A DNA stretch of 64,000 bases from Eledone cirrhosa (Eukaryota): the NCBI GenBank assembly GCA_964016885.1, contig OZ024750.1:8246001-8310000 (forward strand), in the 5' to 3' direction. The notes beneath the pieces were generated by a model. It did not search any database. It was not told the DNA's origin and saw only the letters and a program-made list of their open reading frames with translations. Within the stretch, counting starts at the first letter, position 1. Each line of letters opens with the position of its first letter. A program made the translations under genes and the position numbers. Shown piece by piece: positions 11,371 to 26,548 of the stretch.

Positions 11371-13029
11371 CCTTATAACAATTTATCAAAGACGTCATAC
11401 AAATATATATATATTAAAATACAGTCGAAAATATTTGATGTTTAAACATAGAAATTATAATATACTATTTACAAGCTAGAGAGGAAACTAATGTAATACC
11501 AACACATAAAAACATGTTTCTATGTCCTTTTTCTTTTTATATTTTTGTGTCTGTTTTTCTTTTCTTGTTTTGCGAAATTAAAAAAAAAGGTTTATTCAGG
11601 ATTATTTTGTCATGTGACAATCTTTTTCATTGAAAGATTATAATGTTCCAGCATTGACCGAAATATGTCAATAAATTTTATATTAAATATGGTTAAATTA
11701 AATTTCGTTAGATTTATAATAAAATTGTAGCAACTTTACGTATTTAGAATTTACGTGTGGTAAATAATCTTTTTTTTTTTTAATATCTGCAGTCTCTCTC
11801 TCTAATAAATGCATATATGTATATATGTATGTATGTGTGCACGGTACAAACAGTTGTTTCCGTTAAATATACCGTTTCTAAGACTTATGCAAAAGTAGAC
11901 TTTGAAACTGTAGCTAGCAAGCAACTGTGTTAAACTTCATTATATATATTATATTAGTATACATCGCAGTTGAAGCTTCAATAGGGCAGACACCAATCGA
12001 ATTATTTGAGCCAGTCACAAAGCATTCAATGGTGCGAAACGTTAATAAATTTCTCGACCAAAGTTAACACAAAGTTATACAAGGGTGACACCATGAATAT
12101 GTCGACTAGGTGTATGTAGACATATAACTGCAACAATGACAACTACTAACAGGTAAAAGAATCAATATATATACGATTAATTGTGTTCTTGATATTAGTA
12201 TATTTTGTACAGAACTTTCAAAGACATATTTTTGTTTATTTTCCACAGAAGGTTCTGTATTTCTCTAGATCATTTTATTCGATTTTGATTCATTTAAAAA
12301 CCAGACTAAAACTTCAACCAAAGATTTAATTGACGTCGTTAAAAATGACGTACGTTTTTACTTTCGTCAATCTAGCTTCCTTTGAGAAGATAACTATTGA
12401 TTGAAGAATTTCACTCCGATCTCTGAAGAAAAAAATATATCATTCGATATGCCATGAAATGATGTAAAATCAAATTTACTGAATATGAGACAAAAAATAT
12501 TTTTCTTTCTTATAGCGTCACATTATTGCTATAATTTATAACGATGTCGTTAACTCCAAATCAAATTAGAAGAAAGCGAGAGAGAAAAGGAAGCTTAGTG
12601 AGGAATCCTTAAGTTACAAACCGACATATTGTTGTTACTGCTGTTATTTAACTTAAATCAGGGAAGCTTCTTATCTAAAGACATTCTGCTGTCCAGCTTT
12701 CCCAGGAGTTTCTTACTACTGATGTCCATGAGTTTGGGGGATCTCTAGAAAAGACTGGAAGACACTGGGAAGGATTCTGAGGGCTAGCATCCCAACGAAC
12801 TATAAACCCAGAACAAATGGAATGCCCATATACCTGTGGAATGACATTCCCTACAGTGAGCAGTGTGAAAGTCTGCAGTATGATAAAAAGGTATATGATG
12901 ACTTCGTTAAATGAGCAGCAGATAAAGCGTCGAAAAATCAAGGCCAGGATTAAAACCACAGTATAAGGACATCCACAAAGGAGGATTTTATACAAGCAAT
13001 TGATATCAGATTGATATCATGCAAGCTTA

Positions 13030-13235
13030 ACTTACCACCAGCAAGTACAAAAGTGATCCTGTCACAAGCAGCCACCCCAATTGATCCAGCTAGATCCTCA
13101 AGTGAGACCAACCGAACTCATTGATGTTATCCAACCATTTTGCTGACGAGTTTACCTCTGGGTCTCCTGTCAGTTTGGTTTTCCAGTAAAATGCCTCCAG
13201 TAATTCTTTCCTTGGGTATGTTAAACACATATTCA
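13030..13235 (-). mobile_element. RTE-clade LINE 3' fragment (degenerate)
   Basis: Translates to ..KWLDNINEFGWSHLRI, similar to the fragments at 38153 and 51120. Confidence 0.65.
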
Positions 13236-16200
13236 TAGTATCAGAGCCGTGATCTCTCAATTCAGAGAAGAATTTCACAAAGAACTGTATTAAGTAAACA
13301 ATAATAGAAATAAGCTGATGGCTAGAATTACTTTCTACAGAGGTTCAACTCTCTGTTTTAATAATTTCTTAAGTCACAAACTTCTTAGAAAAGGGATCAT
13401 GCTCTTCTCATATATCACACTCATCTGCTTTTGCTTTAAGGTAACATTTAAACCATTGAGTTACTTCACAAGGATATAGTGATACCTTTTGTTAAGATCG
13501 CTCTTCTCTCCTATTAAGTTCCATTCACTATTGAGTTTATCTCTGTCTCTTCTTTACTTTTGCTGATATCATATTATTATTTCGAATAAGATAGAACATT
13601 GGTCTATTTTGGTCACACACAGAAGGTTCTATATTTCATGTGGGAGAAATGAAAGTGAGAAGTATATGTTATTATTGTACATTAATAACTAATGTAGAAG
13701 AAAAGGATTGCACTGATTTAAATTCTGTTTATTGATGAACATAAACACCAGTTGTGAAATTTAATAAGTGGAGAAGTTAAGAATATTGAACTCTAGACAT
13801 TAAATATTTACAATGTCCCTATAAATCAAGAATAAAGACACTGCAGCAGTCGAGTTGAGTGAAATACCATCCAGCAGCTAAATTAAATACTCTCGAGTTC
13901 CTAATAAAGGTGCTGTGATGTTTACTAGCCTAACAACTGATCAATTTCTGAGCTAAATACCTGGCAGCGATGCCAATAAGAAAGTCAAGAAAATATGGCA
14001 GTAGTGGGTGGAAAACTGATTTGGCAGAAAACATGATTAAATCCACAAACTTTAGTGTCTAGTTACAATTTACAGCAGAGTTTGTGTGAAAGACATAAAG
14101 ATGGAAGAAAAGGAATTAGATTGTTTAGATTTTATGTACATATCAGTGCTGTATGAATAATGATTTCTTACATAGGCATGAAGCCACAAAATTTGTGAGG
14201 AAGGAATCAATCAATGATATCAACCTTAGTACTTGACTGGTTCTTATTTTATCAAGCCTTAAAGAATGAAAGTCAGCATCAATTGCTCCACAGAACATAA
14301 ACAGGGCCGAAATACCTCACTCTAGTGATTGTACCAAACACCAACCTTAGCACCATATTAACAATGGAATGAAATTCGATATGTGAAGTTCGACTTGTCA
14401 GGTGTAAACCATTTTCAATGAAATAACAAAGGGAACAATATATTGAATAAGGTAGTTCTAGATACACTGTTGTTGAAATGGAAGGAAAGTCGGGACTGTT
14501 ATTACTTAAATATGTTTGACCATGGGTTTGCTCATATGTAGCAGAAAACTGCACATAGATATGTGATGTGAAAGTTAAATGATAATTTAGTTGTAGACTC
14601 TTTAAGTTAACTATATGGCTCTGCTCAACATCAACAGATGAGGACGATACTCGTTTAACAATGTTAATTTCACACTTACAATGAAACTTTGAAGAGACCT
14701 GTAGACAATGTAATAAGGAAATTTGTGTTGTTTTGATAATCTTCCAATTCAAACTTTGAAACTTACAAAGCAAAAGCATTGATTTAATCAAAGAAATTGT
14801 TTGCAAAACAAAAACTGAAAGTATTTAAAAGGTTAATAGTTCTCCTACACAGTTAAAGGTCAATATTAATGAAATACATATCTAGAGTACTTCTAGTAAC
14901 TTGTTAACCTTTGGGAATTTATGGAAAACTCCAGTTTAGAAGACATAGGCTGAAAAATCTTACTCACCCTTTATGTTTGCAGCTTTTATATAATACTGAT
15001 GTTGTCATGAGATTTTCTTTATTAAGACACAGAGCATAAGTTTTTTCCTGGTTTTCACTGAGAAAAAAATTTCATTATTAAACAGAAAGCAAGGACATTA
15101 AGGTGTCCTGTTCATGAAAATGGCAAAACACCTGCATAGCAAAGGTACGAACAATGATGTTGTAACTCTTATGTTTATTCACTCAGCCATTGGTTTTATA
15201 GTAATACTATTCATCTTGGGGTCATTTTCGGGGTCAATGCTTTACAATTGAATGCCCTTTCTGGTGCAAGAACCTTTTAGTCACTTACTATGATATCCAG
15301 AGAAACGGCATACATAGAGAAAAACAATGAAATGCAGAAGATGATGGAAATAGTGTCAATAATGAGTGTTGTTAAGAGAAATATAATGAGAGAGCTGCAT
15401 CATGTGTTGGGGAAGAATTAAAGAAACTGGGTGGGAGAAGAGATGGAAATTAGTGTGGAAGAAATTAGAGAAAAAGAAAGGATAAGATAGACACAGTTAA
15501 ATTTGATGGAGAAGAAAATGAAAGAGAGAAAGTTAGTGAACAGAGGATGTAAACGATAGAGAAGCTAGTCACTGCTAATCCCTACTCTAGAAGAGAAGAT
15601 GGTCTTAAACGTTTCTTATGTTAGTTTTTCTTTAAAAACATTATGTATCAATCTTTAGATAATTGGACTGACATGACATATGCAGATTTATATCAGACAT
15701 ACATAACAGAAATATGTACATAGATACGTGACACAAAAGTTAAAATGGAATATCAATTTTGTTGTAGTCACTTTAAATTAACAACACTGGACTTTGAGTT
15801 TAGCTTTAATCACAATATTTTGTTAGCAAAATGTCGGAGTAGCAGAAAATCTAGAGTGCTTGAATAAATGAATTTCTTGCAATACTTTATTTAATTATAT
15901 ACCATTTATGTGATGATTTGAATATTACCTCAACTCATTTTCCCATTCAGTAATAATGATCTGAAATCCACTCATGCATAAAGGTTAAAAAAGTAGGAGC
16001 TTTGTCAGGTTAACCTTTCTTATATAATACACATGAAGATATTGTCTCTAATGTTTTGCCAGGCAACCAAGTTGTTTATACAAATCACTTCAGCACTATG
16101 TTATTGTCACATCCATTTTATGAAGAATTTGTTTTTTCTCTCTTCTTAATTTTATGTTTCAAAAATTATTTAGCTTCTTTCAATCGTTTGTATTGTATGA

Positions 16201-19200
16201 GAAAAAAATACCTGATTAAAACATGTAGTGATAAGATGCATCTTTTTACGGCTTGAGTTATAACTTTCTGTTCTAAAGTCTATAAGATATGGAAAGTAAC
16301 AGTAATAATGTAATACAAGACTGGACTGATACTGTCGACTTCATTAACTCTTTTATAAACATGTAGCTATATGCAATGTTAGGATATTTATTTTGCTAAT
16401 AGATTTTACTGATTCTAGTTCAGGAAAAAGTCACAACTACTGAATACCAAAGAATATTTATGTAGTTAATCAACACCATTTTAGTCCTTATACAACAAAC
16501 ATCCGATTAAATGTGTTCCAACTGTTACTACAAAATATCTAGTCATATTTTTTAAAGATATAGTGTCAACTTAACCTGTGTAGCAATGGTATTTTAATAT
16601 ATACAGAACATATATACACAGGAAATATTTCTTCAGTTCGGTTTTATTTAATAGTCTATAGAAGATTGATCATTTAAACAAAGAAAATATATCGGCTTTG
16701 TCAAATAGTTCAAAATCTCTCTATAGGATTAACAATATATATATAATAATTCTTCCAGATGGAAATATTATCTTAGAAAAGTATTCAACTTTAAATAAGT
16801 TTTATTCAAAACACATTTTCTTTGAAAGACACATGAGGAATTCTGTGTTAGGAATACCAAGACATTTTATTTTCATTTTATTCAGCATGCAATGAGAATA
16901 CTTACACTCAAATGTAAAACAACGGTTATCATTCATTTTAGTTTTAAGTTATTTATTATTAGATTCAACAACTTATTGAGAAATACAAGAAACCATATGT
17001 TGTTTTTGTTAAACACATTAGGATATTCCTTATCCATTCAATTACTGAATAGCAAGCAATACGATATATTTCTGCTGTTTATCAATAATAGATATACTTT
17101 TTTCTTCTCTGACAAGCAAGTTGGCGACTTGATCTTGTTGCTTTGTTTTTAACATTCTTTGGTAATTATGTTCTGTGACACAAACATAGGAGAAATGCAT
17201 CGTTAAAACTGTTGATGCACAATCTGTTAACGGAAAAACATTTCTCACACACTATAAGTATTTCTTATTCTTTAAAAAATAATCAGCAACAAAATTTGAA
17301 AAACATGAAGAAAGTAACCCTGCAATCATAGAAAATAAGCTCTCCATTTTTAATTTGAACTGTACCCAAAGTGTTACATAATCACTTTGTCAAACATATG
17401 CATACATACATATATTTACATGAATATGAGTACTTGCACACCCAATCTACTTGGAACATATATATGAAATGTGATATAGCATGCAATATTCTGTAGGAAG
17501 CTTGCTATTATATATTCGAAACCTCATGTCATCCATCAGCCACTAATTATTGTCTTTATCACTTCACTTCATTTTTTTTCACATGTATATTTTTTTATCA
17601 TTTACATTTATATTTACAAATGGTTCATTGCATGACTACTCAATATACCTTTGAAAACAAACACACTTTTTGAAAGCTCAAACACATTGCAAGTATCATT
17701 CTCCAAAAATCTGATGTTTAATATGATTTTATTATCATTAAGTCAGAAGAGGTGAAAGCACACCTATGAGGGTTCCAACCTCCCACACCAGTATAGCCAA
17801 TGTGGTTGATGTGCAGTTTGAATTTGAATTGGAGAAATCAATGCAAGAAGTGAATTCTGGATGGTTTTAATTAGACGTAGAAGAGCAAAACATTTTTTTT
17901 ATATATGAGTAGCAATGCTATTTTAATTCTGTTGAAGAGTACAATGTTTAGAGTGTTTTAGAAGATGTACATGAGGAACCTGAGGTGTCTGAATAGTATA
18001 TAAAAGATGACATTATGAAGTTTCAGTAGGTGTGTATACAGCTAGATGCAACAAGTAAGTAATATATCTACAGGGAAAAGGTGTGAAGTCATAACAGGAC
18101 TTTATATATAGCAGACTTGATAGATATTGGCCAAAGATATCTTTTTCAGAGATAAAAGAATGATAGAACACATAGTTAGCAATCTAGCTCTGAAATTCTT
18201 ATTATTATCATTGGATTTACTTATGAAAATGACAGAATCTTTGTTTTCGTTGAGGTTTTCAATTGTGAGAGTCCATCGATATCTATTGTAGGAAACAATA
18301 GTCTAAGGATGCAACAGTTTAAATATCTTTTAGATGTTGGATAGAATGGCAGTTGACAGAGTCAACAAGGTGTTCCTTCTTAAGAATGGAATGCACTGAG
18401 AATTAGAAATGTCAGTGGATTCAATGTGGGTAGCTCTAGTTATGGTGTGTATATTTTGACATCCTCAGAATTTGGCACCTTTTGGGTTTCATTGATCGGA
18501 GAAATTTTTGCACTTTGTCAATTGTGTATACATGAAGATGAAACAGGAATACATATGGAACGTTTAGAAGAATTATTGTTGAATGTGTACAGTTTGAAAC
18601 AAAGTGGCTAACAATACACAGTTATGTTATTTACACAGCCATTTATGAATGAAAAATGAAGAGTAGAAGAATTCTAAAATGAAACATAAAATAATATATA
18701 GAACATTTTGTGCATATAACGAAATAATTGCAGCCACACATGAAGCTTTAGTAATTTATAAGTAGAATATTAAAATATTTTATGAGTCAGAACAGTGGGA
18801 AGTATACAACATGTTACACTTAAATTCTATCATTTCCATACGTAGAATATGTGCTGCCAAAATTACTGTACAGCTGACTACAATAATTTTAGGAAATATA
18901 ATTGTTATAAATTATGCAGATATGTTAAGTTGTGTTCTTTTCATATGGAATAAATTGCCCATTATTGACACTATATTCTTATATCAAATGTTTTCTTTGC
19001 TATGCAATATTATTAAGTTTATAAACTATTTTAATAGGCAATTTCTCATGAAAACCGTGTTATAGCTATTACTACAAACTGCATGCAATTATTTCTTCAG
19101 TAAACTTATCTAATTAAATGTAAAATGAATTCTGGGTAGTATTGGCAAATAACGTAGAAATCTAGTCTGAGGTGCAGAGTCGATTCCTGATTAAATAGTT

Positions 19201-20545
19201 TTACTTCATTGATAGCTTCTATTCCCAGTTTTAGTCCAAGCTTGTCTTCCATTGGCTATGTCAGGTTTCTGCCTGTACAGGTACCATATAACACAATACA
19301 CCCAGCTTCATGGTCGAGTGGTCGGCGACCAAATCAGCTCCTCAACCAGACCCTGATCTGCTGAGGATGGTAATTTAAATCCCTACAGCACAAAAAAGAC
19401 AAGAGCTGTTAAATGGGCAGATGAAAATTTGTTGGAAGATTTTAATTTAATATAGAAAGCTTTAAAATGACTGATTTTATTTCATACAACCAGAACCGAT
19501 TTTGGTCTGGTTAGTCACAAAATGGTTAAAACGATGGAATATCTGAGGGTAACTTGACAGCTGTGTCTAGTAGATTGCTAAAACGTGTAGCTGATTCCTC
19601 ATGTTCTTTTTAACGGTTTTGTGACACTTTTATTTCAGTTTACCGAAGTGTAAACTGTTCATAATTATATTTCTACTTGTACAAACTTCTGTCATCGGAT
19701 CAAAGCAAGCTTCAGGAAATTTTCCAGAAACATAACGACAGCTTGTCACCGTACTTACTAATAAAGATTAAATTTTCCTCTTAAGCATATAAATATTTTT
19801 TTGGTAATTTCAAAAAATTATATCCCTTTTTCTTTAAGTGTCCTTAGCAATTATCAATTAGTTATTTTCTCTCCAGCCAAATTACAAATTCTATTCATAA
19901 ATTCTAGTGAATATCATTCTGTACTTCACAATCTATTTGAATTATATAAATTCATATCAATAGAATTGTTTCACTCTCTGTAAATAGGCAAATTATACAG
20001 GCCAGAAACTTCCGTACTGCATTCACTACTGATCAAAGACAATTTGGGTAGACAGTGCTATGCTGATAAAACTGAAACATGCCAGTAACTGTTACCTTAT
20101 CTACTAACAAAGCTCAGCTCCTGAGCCAATGAGGAAGCCTATTGTATTATCACTAGAAATAGCAGCCAAGTCTAATCCAGATCATACCCAACCATCTTTG
20201 AAAAAGGACATTTTTGATATTGTATCCCTGTGTTCCTGTGCGGGCTTGTGCTATAGTGATGAAGGTGATGAACTCATGGTTATACGGTCTTGGGTTTCAT
20301 TCCTAGACCAAGTGATGCATTGTATCCTTGAGCAAGGCACTTTCATGTTCATATTGCCCCAGTTCACTCAACTGAAAATGTGTAGTAACAGCAGCCCTGA
20401 GATTTCTTTCTTCACTTGTTCCTATATTCTAATGAAGCACTAGTGTCCAAGATGTTAAGAGATTCTTCCTGTTATTTCAAGTGTTCAACTAATATATTTC
20501 TTCCATGTACTGTGTCATTTGTTTTGTTATTTCTATTTACCTTTT

Positions 20546-20578
<33 letters not shown>

Positions 20579-20582
20579 CATA

Positions 20583-20648
<66 letters not shown>

Positions 20649-20758
20649 GTACAGATTAAAGTTTAAGCAAAGAATCGCTGCTTTCACCCTTTTACAGGAT
20701 TTTCAGAAACTGAGAAATCAATCTGTGAATGCAGAAGTAAATATTTCAAATGTTTCAA

Positions 20759-20795
<37 letters not shown>

Positions 20796-21457
20796 CACCA
20801 ATTCAAGTGACACATTCTATAGCCTGGTAAAGAAAGGTTGCAGTTAATTATGATTGCTAATTTATTTAATTATGGGACTTAATATTTTTAAGTAAGGCAT
20901 ATATAGCAACATATATTATAATTCATTAACTTTCAAATAAAAATGACACTAAATTTTAAAAAATCTATTTGTTGATTTAAGGTGATATATTTGCCTTCAA
21001 GTTAAAAGTAGCAGAGGAAGAAAACTACCTTGAAGAGAATGAAATGAGTAAATCACTATTTAGAAAATTCTAGAATATTTTCCAATAGGAAAAAAAAATT
21101 TAAATAACGAAATAGACAAATAAATATACATTTAACTTTAATATATCTCACTCTCAAAGGAATAACAACTAGTAAGATATTAAGATATAGAAATCTAATC
21201 AATATCCCTTAGGATTATTTTATATTATCATACTTAAAAGTTAAGAAAGAAATAACAAAGATATCCACGTACATACATGTGAATATATATATATGTGTGT
21301 TGAGTGAGTTTTTACAATACAATAAGTACAAGGCCACAAATTTAGTGATGAGATATATTAGCTTATTGAACAGATGGTAGTATAACACTTATACACATTT
21401 GATCAATCTCAGGGGAATAAATCTGAAGTGACAGTGAACAGTAATTGCTTGCTTTAC

Positions 21458-21558
<101 letters not shown>

Positions 21559-21580
21559 GCATATATATATGTGTGTGTGA

Positions 21581-21720
21581 GTCCTGGGTTCAATCAGGAT
21601 AATCGCAGTAAGGTACGCAATACATTAGTAGAGTGTAAAGATCATGTTTAATATAGAAATGGTTTCTACAGGACTAGAACTATTTCATTCAAAAGAAATT
21701 TTCAGGAAAGCTTACCTGAC
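21581..21720 (-). mobile_element. Penelope-like element family P2 with decayed hammerhead
   Basis: Homologous to 54537-54670; minus strand cCTGAAAAtttc..gaatGAAAtagttctagtcctGTAgaaacc. Confidence 0.65.
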
Positions 21721-21899
21721 ATTTTTGCTAGCACCTTTGTCCACATTTTTCTGTCTCTAGGGGTTTCATTTCCCAATTTTATCAACTATTATTTACAGTT
21801 GATTCTCCCACCATTCTCAAGACACTTCTTCTTGTCCTATGATATATGCTCAATGATTAGATAGAGAGTTAGAGATTGGTGAGCCAGACTAAGGCATTA

Positions 21900-22270
21900 T
21901 TTGTAGGATTATGCATTGCTGTCTGTGGCAGCAATCCCAAACAACATACAGCACTGCTTGGTCAGGGTCCCCACAGTCACATGCTGAGCTATCCTTAATT
22001 TTCCATCGATGAAGTTGATGTGCTGTCCTGTCATGCTGTGCATATCTGGGATAGCCATGTTGTGTAGATTAAGGGACACCCATTGTTTTGTAGGAAGGTC
22101 AAAGCTCGTTTACATGTGGGTTCCTAGAAAAATGTCTTGGTTGGCAAATATGGACTCATTCCACGATTTTCTCCACTCTTTCACCAGACACTGATGCACA
22201 ACTGCTCTAACATCCATTTGTATACTCTCAATCTATGGATTCCATAGATTTCCAGGGCATTTTCTATTAA
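21900..22270 (-). mobile_element. Ingi/Vingi-like (I-group) LINE ORF2 C-terminal fragment
   Basis: Minus-strand pieces FDLPTKQWVSLN and HDRTAHQLHRWKIKDSSACDCGDPDQAVLYVVWDC resemble the FDLPR..W..LNR / HKW..DSP.CDCG..QT..H..DCP zinc-knuckle end of these LINEs (from memory). Confidence 0.65.
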
Positions 22271-22614
22271 ATCATTAACCAGCTAATTCAAACCATGAGA
22301 CAAAGCAGAATGTTTTCCACAAAAAAATTTTGTTTCAACCTCTTCTTATGATTATCGTATTTTGTCTTTATTTCTTTTATCTTTAGTTACTACATTACCA
22401 TTTACAAGAAGAATACAAAATAATTATACGGTTTTAAAGATAGTTATGAAGTAGAATATTTTGTTAAAGTAAATATCATTCCATTACCTATGTATGTACT
22501 AAAAAAATAAATGGAAGAAAATAATAAGACAATAACATGTAGACATTGCCAATTTAGTTTTCAAAGCAGGTTTTTACATTACATCAAACATTTCACTTTA
22601 AAAACATGAAAACA

Positions 22615-22675
<61 letters not shown>

Positions 22676-22796
22676 AAAACAAAGAATATATATATATATA
22701 TATACAAATCTACACACATGCACACATAAACATGAGGTGCAATAATACAACTTGGCTTTGAAAACATATTTTGAGATCTGGAAGACAGCATGAAAC

Positions 22797-22980
22797 ATTG
22801 GCAGTATCGGTAGAGGGTCGGACGCCATGCTTTGAAGCATAGAGTTACCTCCCTTTATGATCTGAGTTCAAATCCTGCCGAGGATACCTTTGCCTTTCAC
22901 CCTTACTGGGTCGATAAAATAAAGTACCAGTAATACACTGGGATAATTGCTGGCCTTGTGCCAAAAGTAGAAACAATTAT
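22797..22980 (+). mobile_element. SINE family A (short variant)
   Basis: ttggcagtatcggtagagggtcggacgccatgc..agtagaaacaatta. Confidence 0.92.
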
Positions 22981-23263
22981 AAATATGTGGCCCCTTTCCA
23001 GCAGAAGGCTCTTGTTGCATTGCAGACACCAAAATAAATTCCATAGTATATACTTGATGATGTCACAACATTGCCATAGTACCATGTCTATGCTTCATCA
23101 TCATCAACATCATCATTATCATCACCATTTAATGCCCATTTTGCAAGCGTACATGGGTTAGATAGGTTGTCATGTCTGGTTAGCTGAGTATATCATGTTC
23201 ATATAAATCTGTTTTTGGCTTAGCTTCTATGGTTGAATAACCTTCCTAACACGAATCACATGG

Positions 23264-23294
<31 letters not shown>

Positions 23295-23804
23295 GGTAAG
23301 ATTCTATTGTTATCTTGACAATTTTAATTTTCTAATGCATTGTATGGTTTTCAAAATTATTTAAATTTATATTTCCTATTCAACAATGCTTCAAGCCAAA
23401 CTACAACACTCTGATGTATATATATTCCATGTGATTAGTGTTATATATATAATCATTTTACTGTAATGTTGGGAGACTAAATGTCTTTTCACCAGTTAGT
23501 GTTCCCCATGTTCATTTCATCTCACCCATATGGATAGTGGAGTTTTTTTGTCATAGCATATCACAGTATCACAAGTCAACAATGTGTATAGATATGCAAA
23601 ATGTGTGTGGTTATATCTTCAGCTATATACAAAATATAACTACATTCTTTTCTTCATACACTGAGATACATCCAATCCATGCTAAACGTAGGTTCATGGC
23701 AGTAGAAAATATATATAAATGTATATAAACTGCACTTTTCTCAAGCATGACTTCGACTGCTTTTTATTTTGGTAACATTTCATTTTTTTTATGTATATAT
23801 GCAT

Positions 23805-23862
<58 letters not shown>

Positions 23863-23872
23863 ATGATGATAT

Positions 23873-24037
23873 GTTTAATATAGAAATGGCTTCTGTAGGA
23901 CTAGAACTGTTTCATTCGAAGGAAATCATCAAATGAAACAGTTCTAGTCATGTAGAAGCCATTTCTATATTAAATATTTATACTCTGCTATGTATTGAGT
24001 ACCTTACTTACTGTGGTTACTCCCGATTGAACCCGAG

Positions 24038-24040
<3 letters not shown>
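23873..24040. mobile_element. Fold-back Penelope-like element family P2
   Basis: Inverted arms tttaatatagaaatggcttct..actagaactgtttcatt / aatgaaacagttctagt..agaagccatttctatattaaa, then gtattgagtacc..ttgaaccc tail; reverse orientation relative to 54537. Confidence 0.75.
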
Positions 24041-24067
<27 letters not shown>

Positions 24068-24068
<1 letters not shown>

Positions 24069-24145
24069 AGCCTGCTGGCTTCGTTCAGATCTAGCTGTCG
24101 AAATGGCTGGAGCTCAGCCGTCGAGGTGCCAACTCTTTTCCTACA
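24068..24145 (+). mobile_element. Fragment of family P1 in (TA)n
   Basis: tagctgtcgaaatggctggagctcagccgtcg..cttttcctac matches the P1 right arm. Confidence 0.6.
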
Positions 24146-25034
24146 TATATATATATATTTCTCTTACTGTTTCTAGTTTAGTTTTACAATCCAATGTGTT
24201 GTTGCATTAATAACGAAGGTATTCATCTGAGTATAACTTCCACCTGCATATTCTCAAGTGCCATCAAACAGCTATATAATTTCACTGTCGGATATCATGC
24301 ATTTATCATCAAGGACAATTTGGAATACATATTCATGACAGTTCTGATTTATCAATTAGAGTAATAGAGCTGCTGTCAGTATTGATTTCTTAAGTGAGCA
24401 TAATGCCAGAGATTATCTTGGAAAAAGTATGTGCTATACTCCATTAGACATTTTTCTTACATATACGACTTGTATTGCATATATTTTATCAACCACAGTG
24501 GTATAAAAAATAGTGTAAAACAGAATCCTATCCTGACAGACTCAATTGTGCCAAGCAATATTTAATTGCAGCCCTTGTGATTTTTGGTAATCATCTATGC
24601 CTTTAATTCTTCCAGTAGCCATAAAATAAAGTTCCAGCTAGGAACTAAGATATATATATTCTCTTCCAAAATATGTGGCATTGTGCCAATCTTTGAAATC
24701 TATATTTAAGTGCAAACATTTATATTTAATCTAGAGAGCCAAAAAAAAACTTTACCAATTAAATTTCCACTCTTAATAAAAAATTAAAAAAGTTATTTCT
24801 ATTAATGGCATTTCTTTTCAATGAAGGTAGAGGAAAGAATAACAAAGTTTATACTAAAATATGGACAGACACGCTGTGGGCTGTCAGTCTGATTTTTAGT
24901 AGCTATGATGACAACTCCCAAGTAGTATCTTTGCATATAGCAGCAAAAATGTTGCTTGATCTGGATTCATGTGCACTACTTAGTTTATCTCTGCCTTGAG
25001 AAATCAAAGGAAGAGTCAATCTAAACAGGATTAG

Positions 25035-25255
25035 CCTTTTAGCATTTAAACCAGCCATATCCGACCAGAATTCCCTCACCTCTTTATGTACAAACCGGCT
25101 GTAACCAGCTGATCATAGTGATGTTAAGGTATTGTTCTCAAAATAAATAATATCAAAATTTTGTAGATTCGATATTATATGAGATAATTATGTGAGATAA
25201 AGTGTTTACCATGAAAATACAATAGTATATATAGAGTAATGTAAATTCTAAAGGG
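25035..25255. mobile_element. piggyBac-type MITE
   Basis: Ends ttag|ccttttagcattta and taaattctaaaggg|ttaa; homologous to 47449-47666. Confidence 0.8.
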
Positions 25256-26015
25256 TTAAAGAAGCAAAACTAAATACTGTTTAACATTTAGTTTGGTATC
25301 CCACTGTTCCCGCTAATCCTCTGCCCTCAGAATATTCCAATAGTCATACTTTTTCTAAGTAGCATTCTGAATTTTTATCCCATTTCATGTCCTGTAAACC
25401 CTCTGTTCCCTTCCTTTCAGCTTCTACACTTCATCAGTTCAAAATTAAAAATGGTTTCCAATTTAGGCACACGACCAACAATATTTGGGGAGGGGAAAGT
25501 CAATTAAATCGATCACAGTGCATTAATATTAACCTTTATTAATGTTAGGTAAACCCTCACAGGTAATTTGGCTGATTTATATTTATGAGTTAGTAAAAGA
25601 AGGAATTTGTGACACGAAATTGCCTCTATGTTTGTATTAAAGTATTTATACTTATTTAAAACACCTTCCATCATAATTTTATCAATGTATCTCCCTCACC
25701 ATCCTCTGGGGAAACGCCTTTTCTATTGTCTGCATGTGGGCCCCCATTTGCTTATAATGGTGAGAGATGGGGAGAGCAAGAGAGATGAAGACAGTGATAA
25801 TGGAAATTTTATTATACTATTTTCAGTTCTTGTTAGGAATTTTTTATTTCAGTGTAGTAATGCAGTATATTTTATATAAGAATCTTTGTTAAGTTAGGCT
25901 TGAAAAAAACAGATAAATAATGAGAAGGTTATATTACAAAATTCCAACAAATATTTATATTATTTTCAAAATAATTTGAAAATTATACAGTGTATTTTGT
26001 TAGATGAAAGGGTTA

Positions 26016-26330
26016 AGGTTTCGATTTCCATGTGTCTAACACATGTGGACATGCCCACAAAGTAAGAAAACAGCACAATTCCCATGACTTTCGGAAACAT
26101 TTTTTCACGCTCAGAGTTGCTGAAGCATGGAACAAACTACCTGCATCAGTTCTTAGCTGTCGAGACACTGCATCCTTTAAGGCCTCCATGCTTCCCGAGA
26201 TCCGCCAACAGAACAGCTAACACATACACACATGTACTTCCCTGACATTTGTGTATTATTCTATGTACTATATTGACGAGTTGTAGTGCACCTGAGCACT
26301 TTACACAATAATTTCATTATTATTATTATT
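26016..26330 (+). mobile_element. CR1-clade LINE 3' end
   Basis: SNTCGHAHKVRKQHNSHDFRKHFFTLRVAEAWNKLPASVLSCRDTASFK matches the CR1 ORF2 terminus (TRGH..KL..R.FF..RV...WN.LP..V..FK); 3' UTR ends in (att)n; tail fragment repeated at ~61133-61175. Confidence 0.88.
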
Positions 26331-26360
26331 AAAATGAAAGAAAGATATCAGTAATATAAT

Positions 26361-26548
26361 TGTTTCTACTTTTGGCACAAGGCCAGCAATTACCCAGTGC
26401 ATTACTGGTACTTTATTTTATCGACCCCCGTAAGGACGAAAGGCAAAGTTAACCGTGACGGGATTTGAACTCAGAACATAAAGGGACATAACTATGCTGG
26501 AAAGCATGGTGTCCGACTCTCTACCAATATTGCCAATTCACTGCCCTT
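26361..26548 (-). mobile_element. SINE family A (short variant), full length
   Basis: Reverse complement of the family consensus; 16-bp TSD atatcagtaatataat. Confidence 0.93.

Noticed and set aside
12135-12157. Possible first coding exon (atgacaactactaacag|gtaaaa) and possible 5' UTR/promoter at ~1330-2000
   Set aside because: Too short and unsupported; no upstream FERM exons could be identified in 1-34219.
14279-14806. 175-aa minus-strand ORF
   Set aside because: No recognisable motif or clear splice context; compatible with chance.
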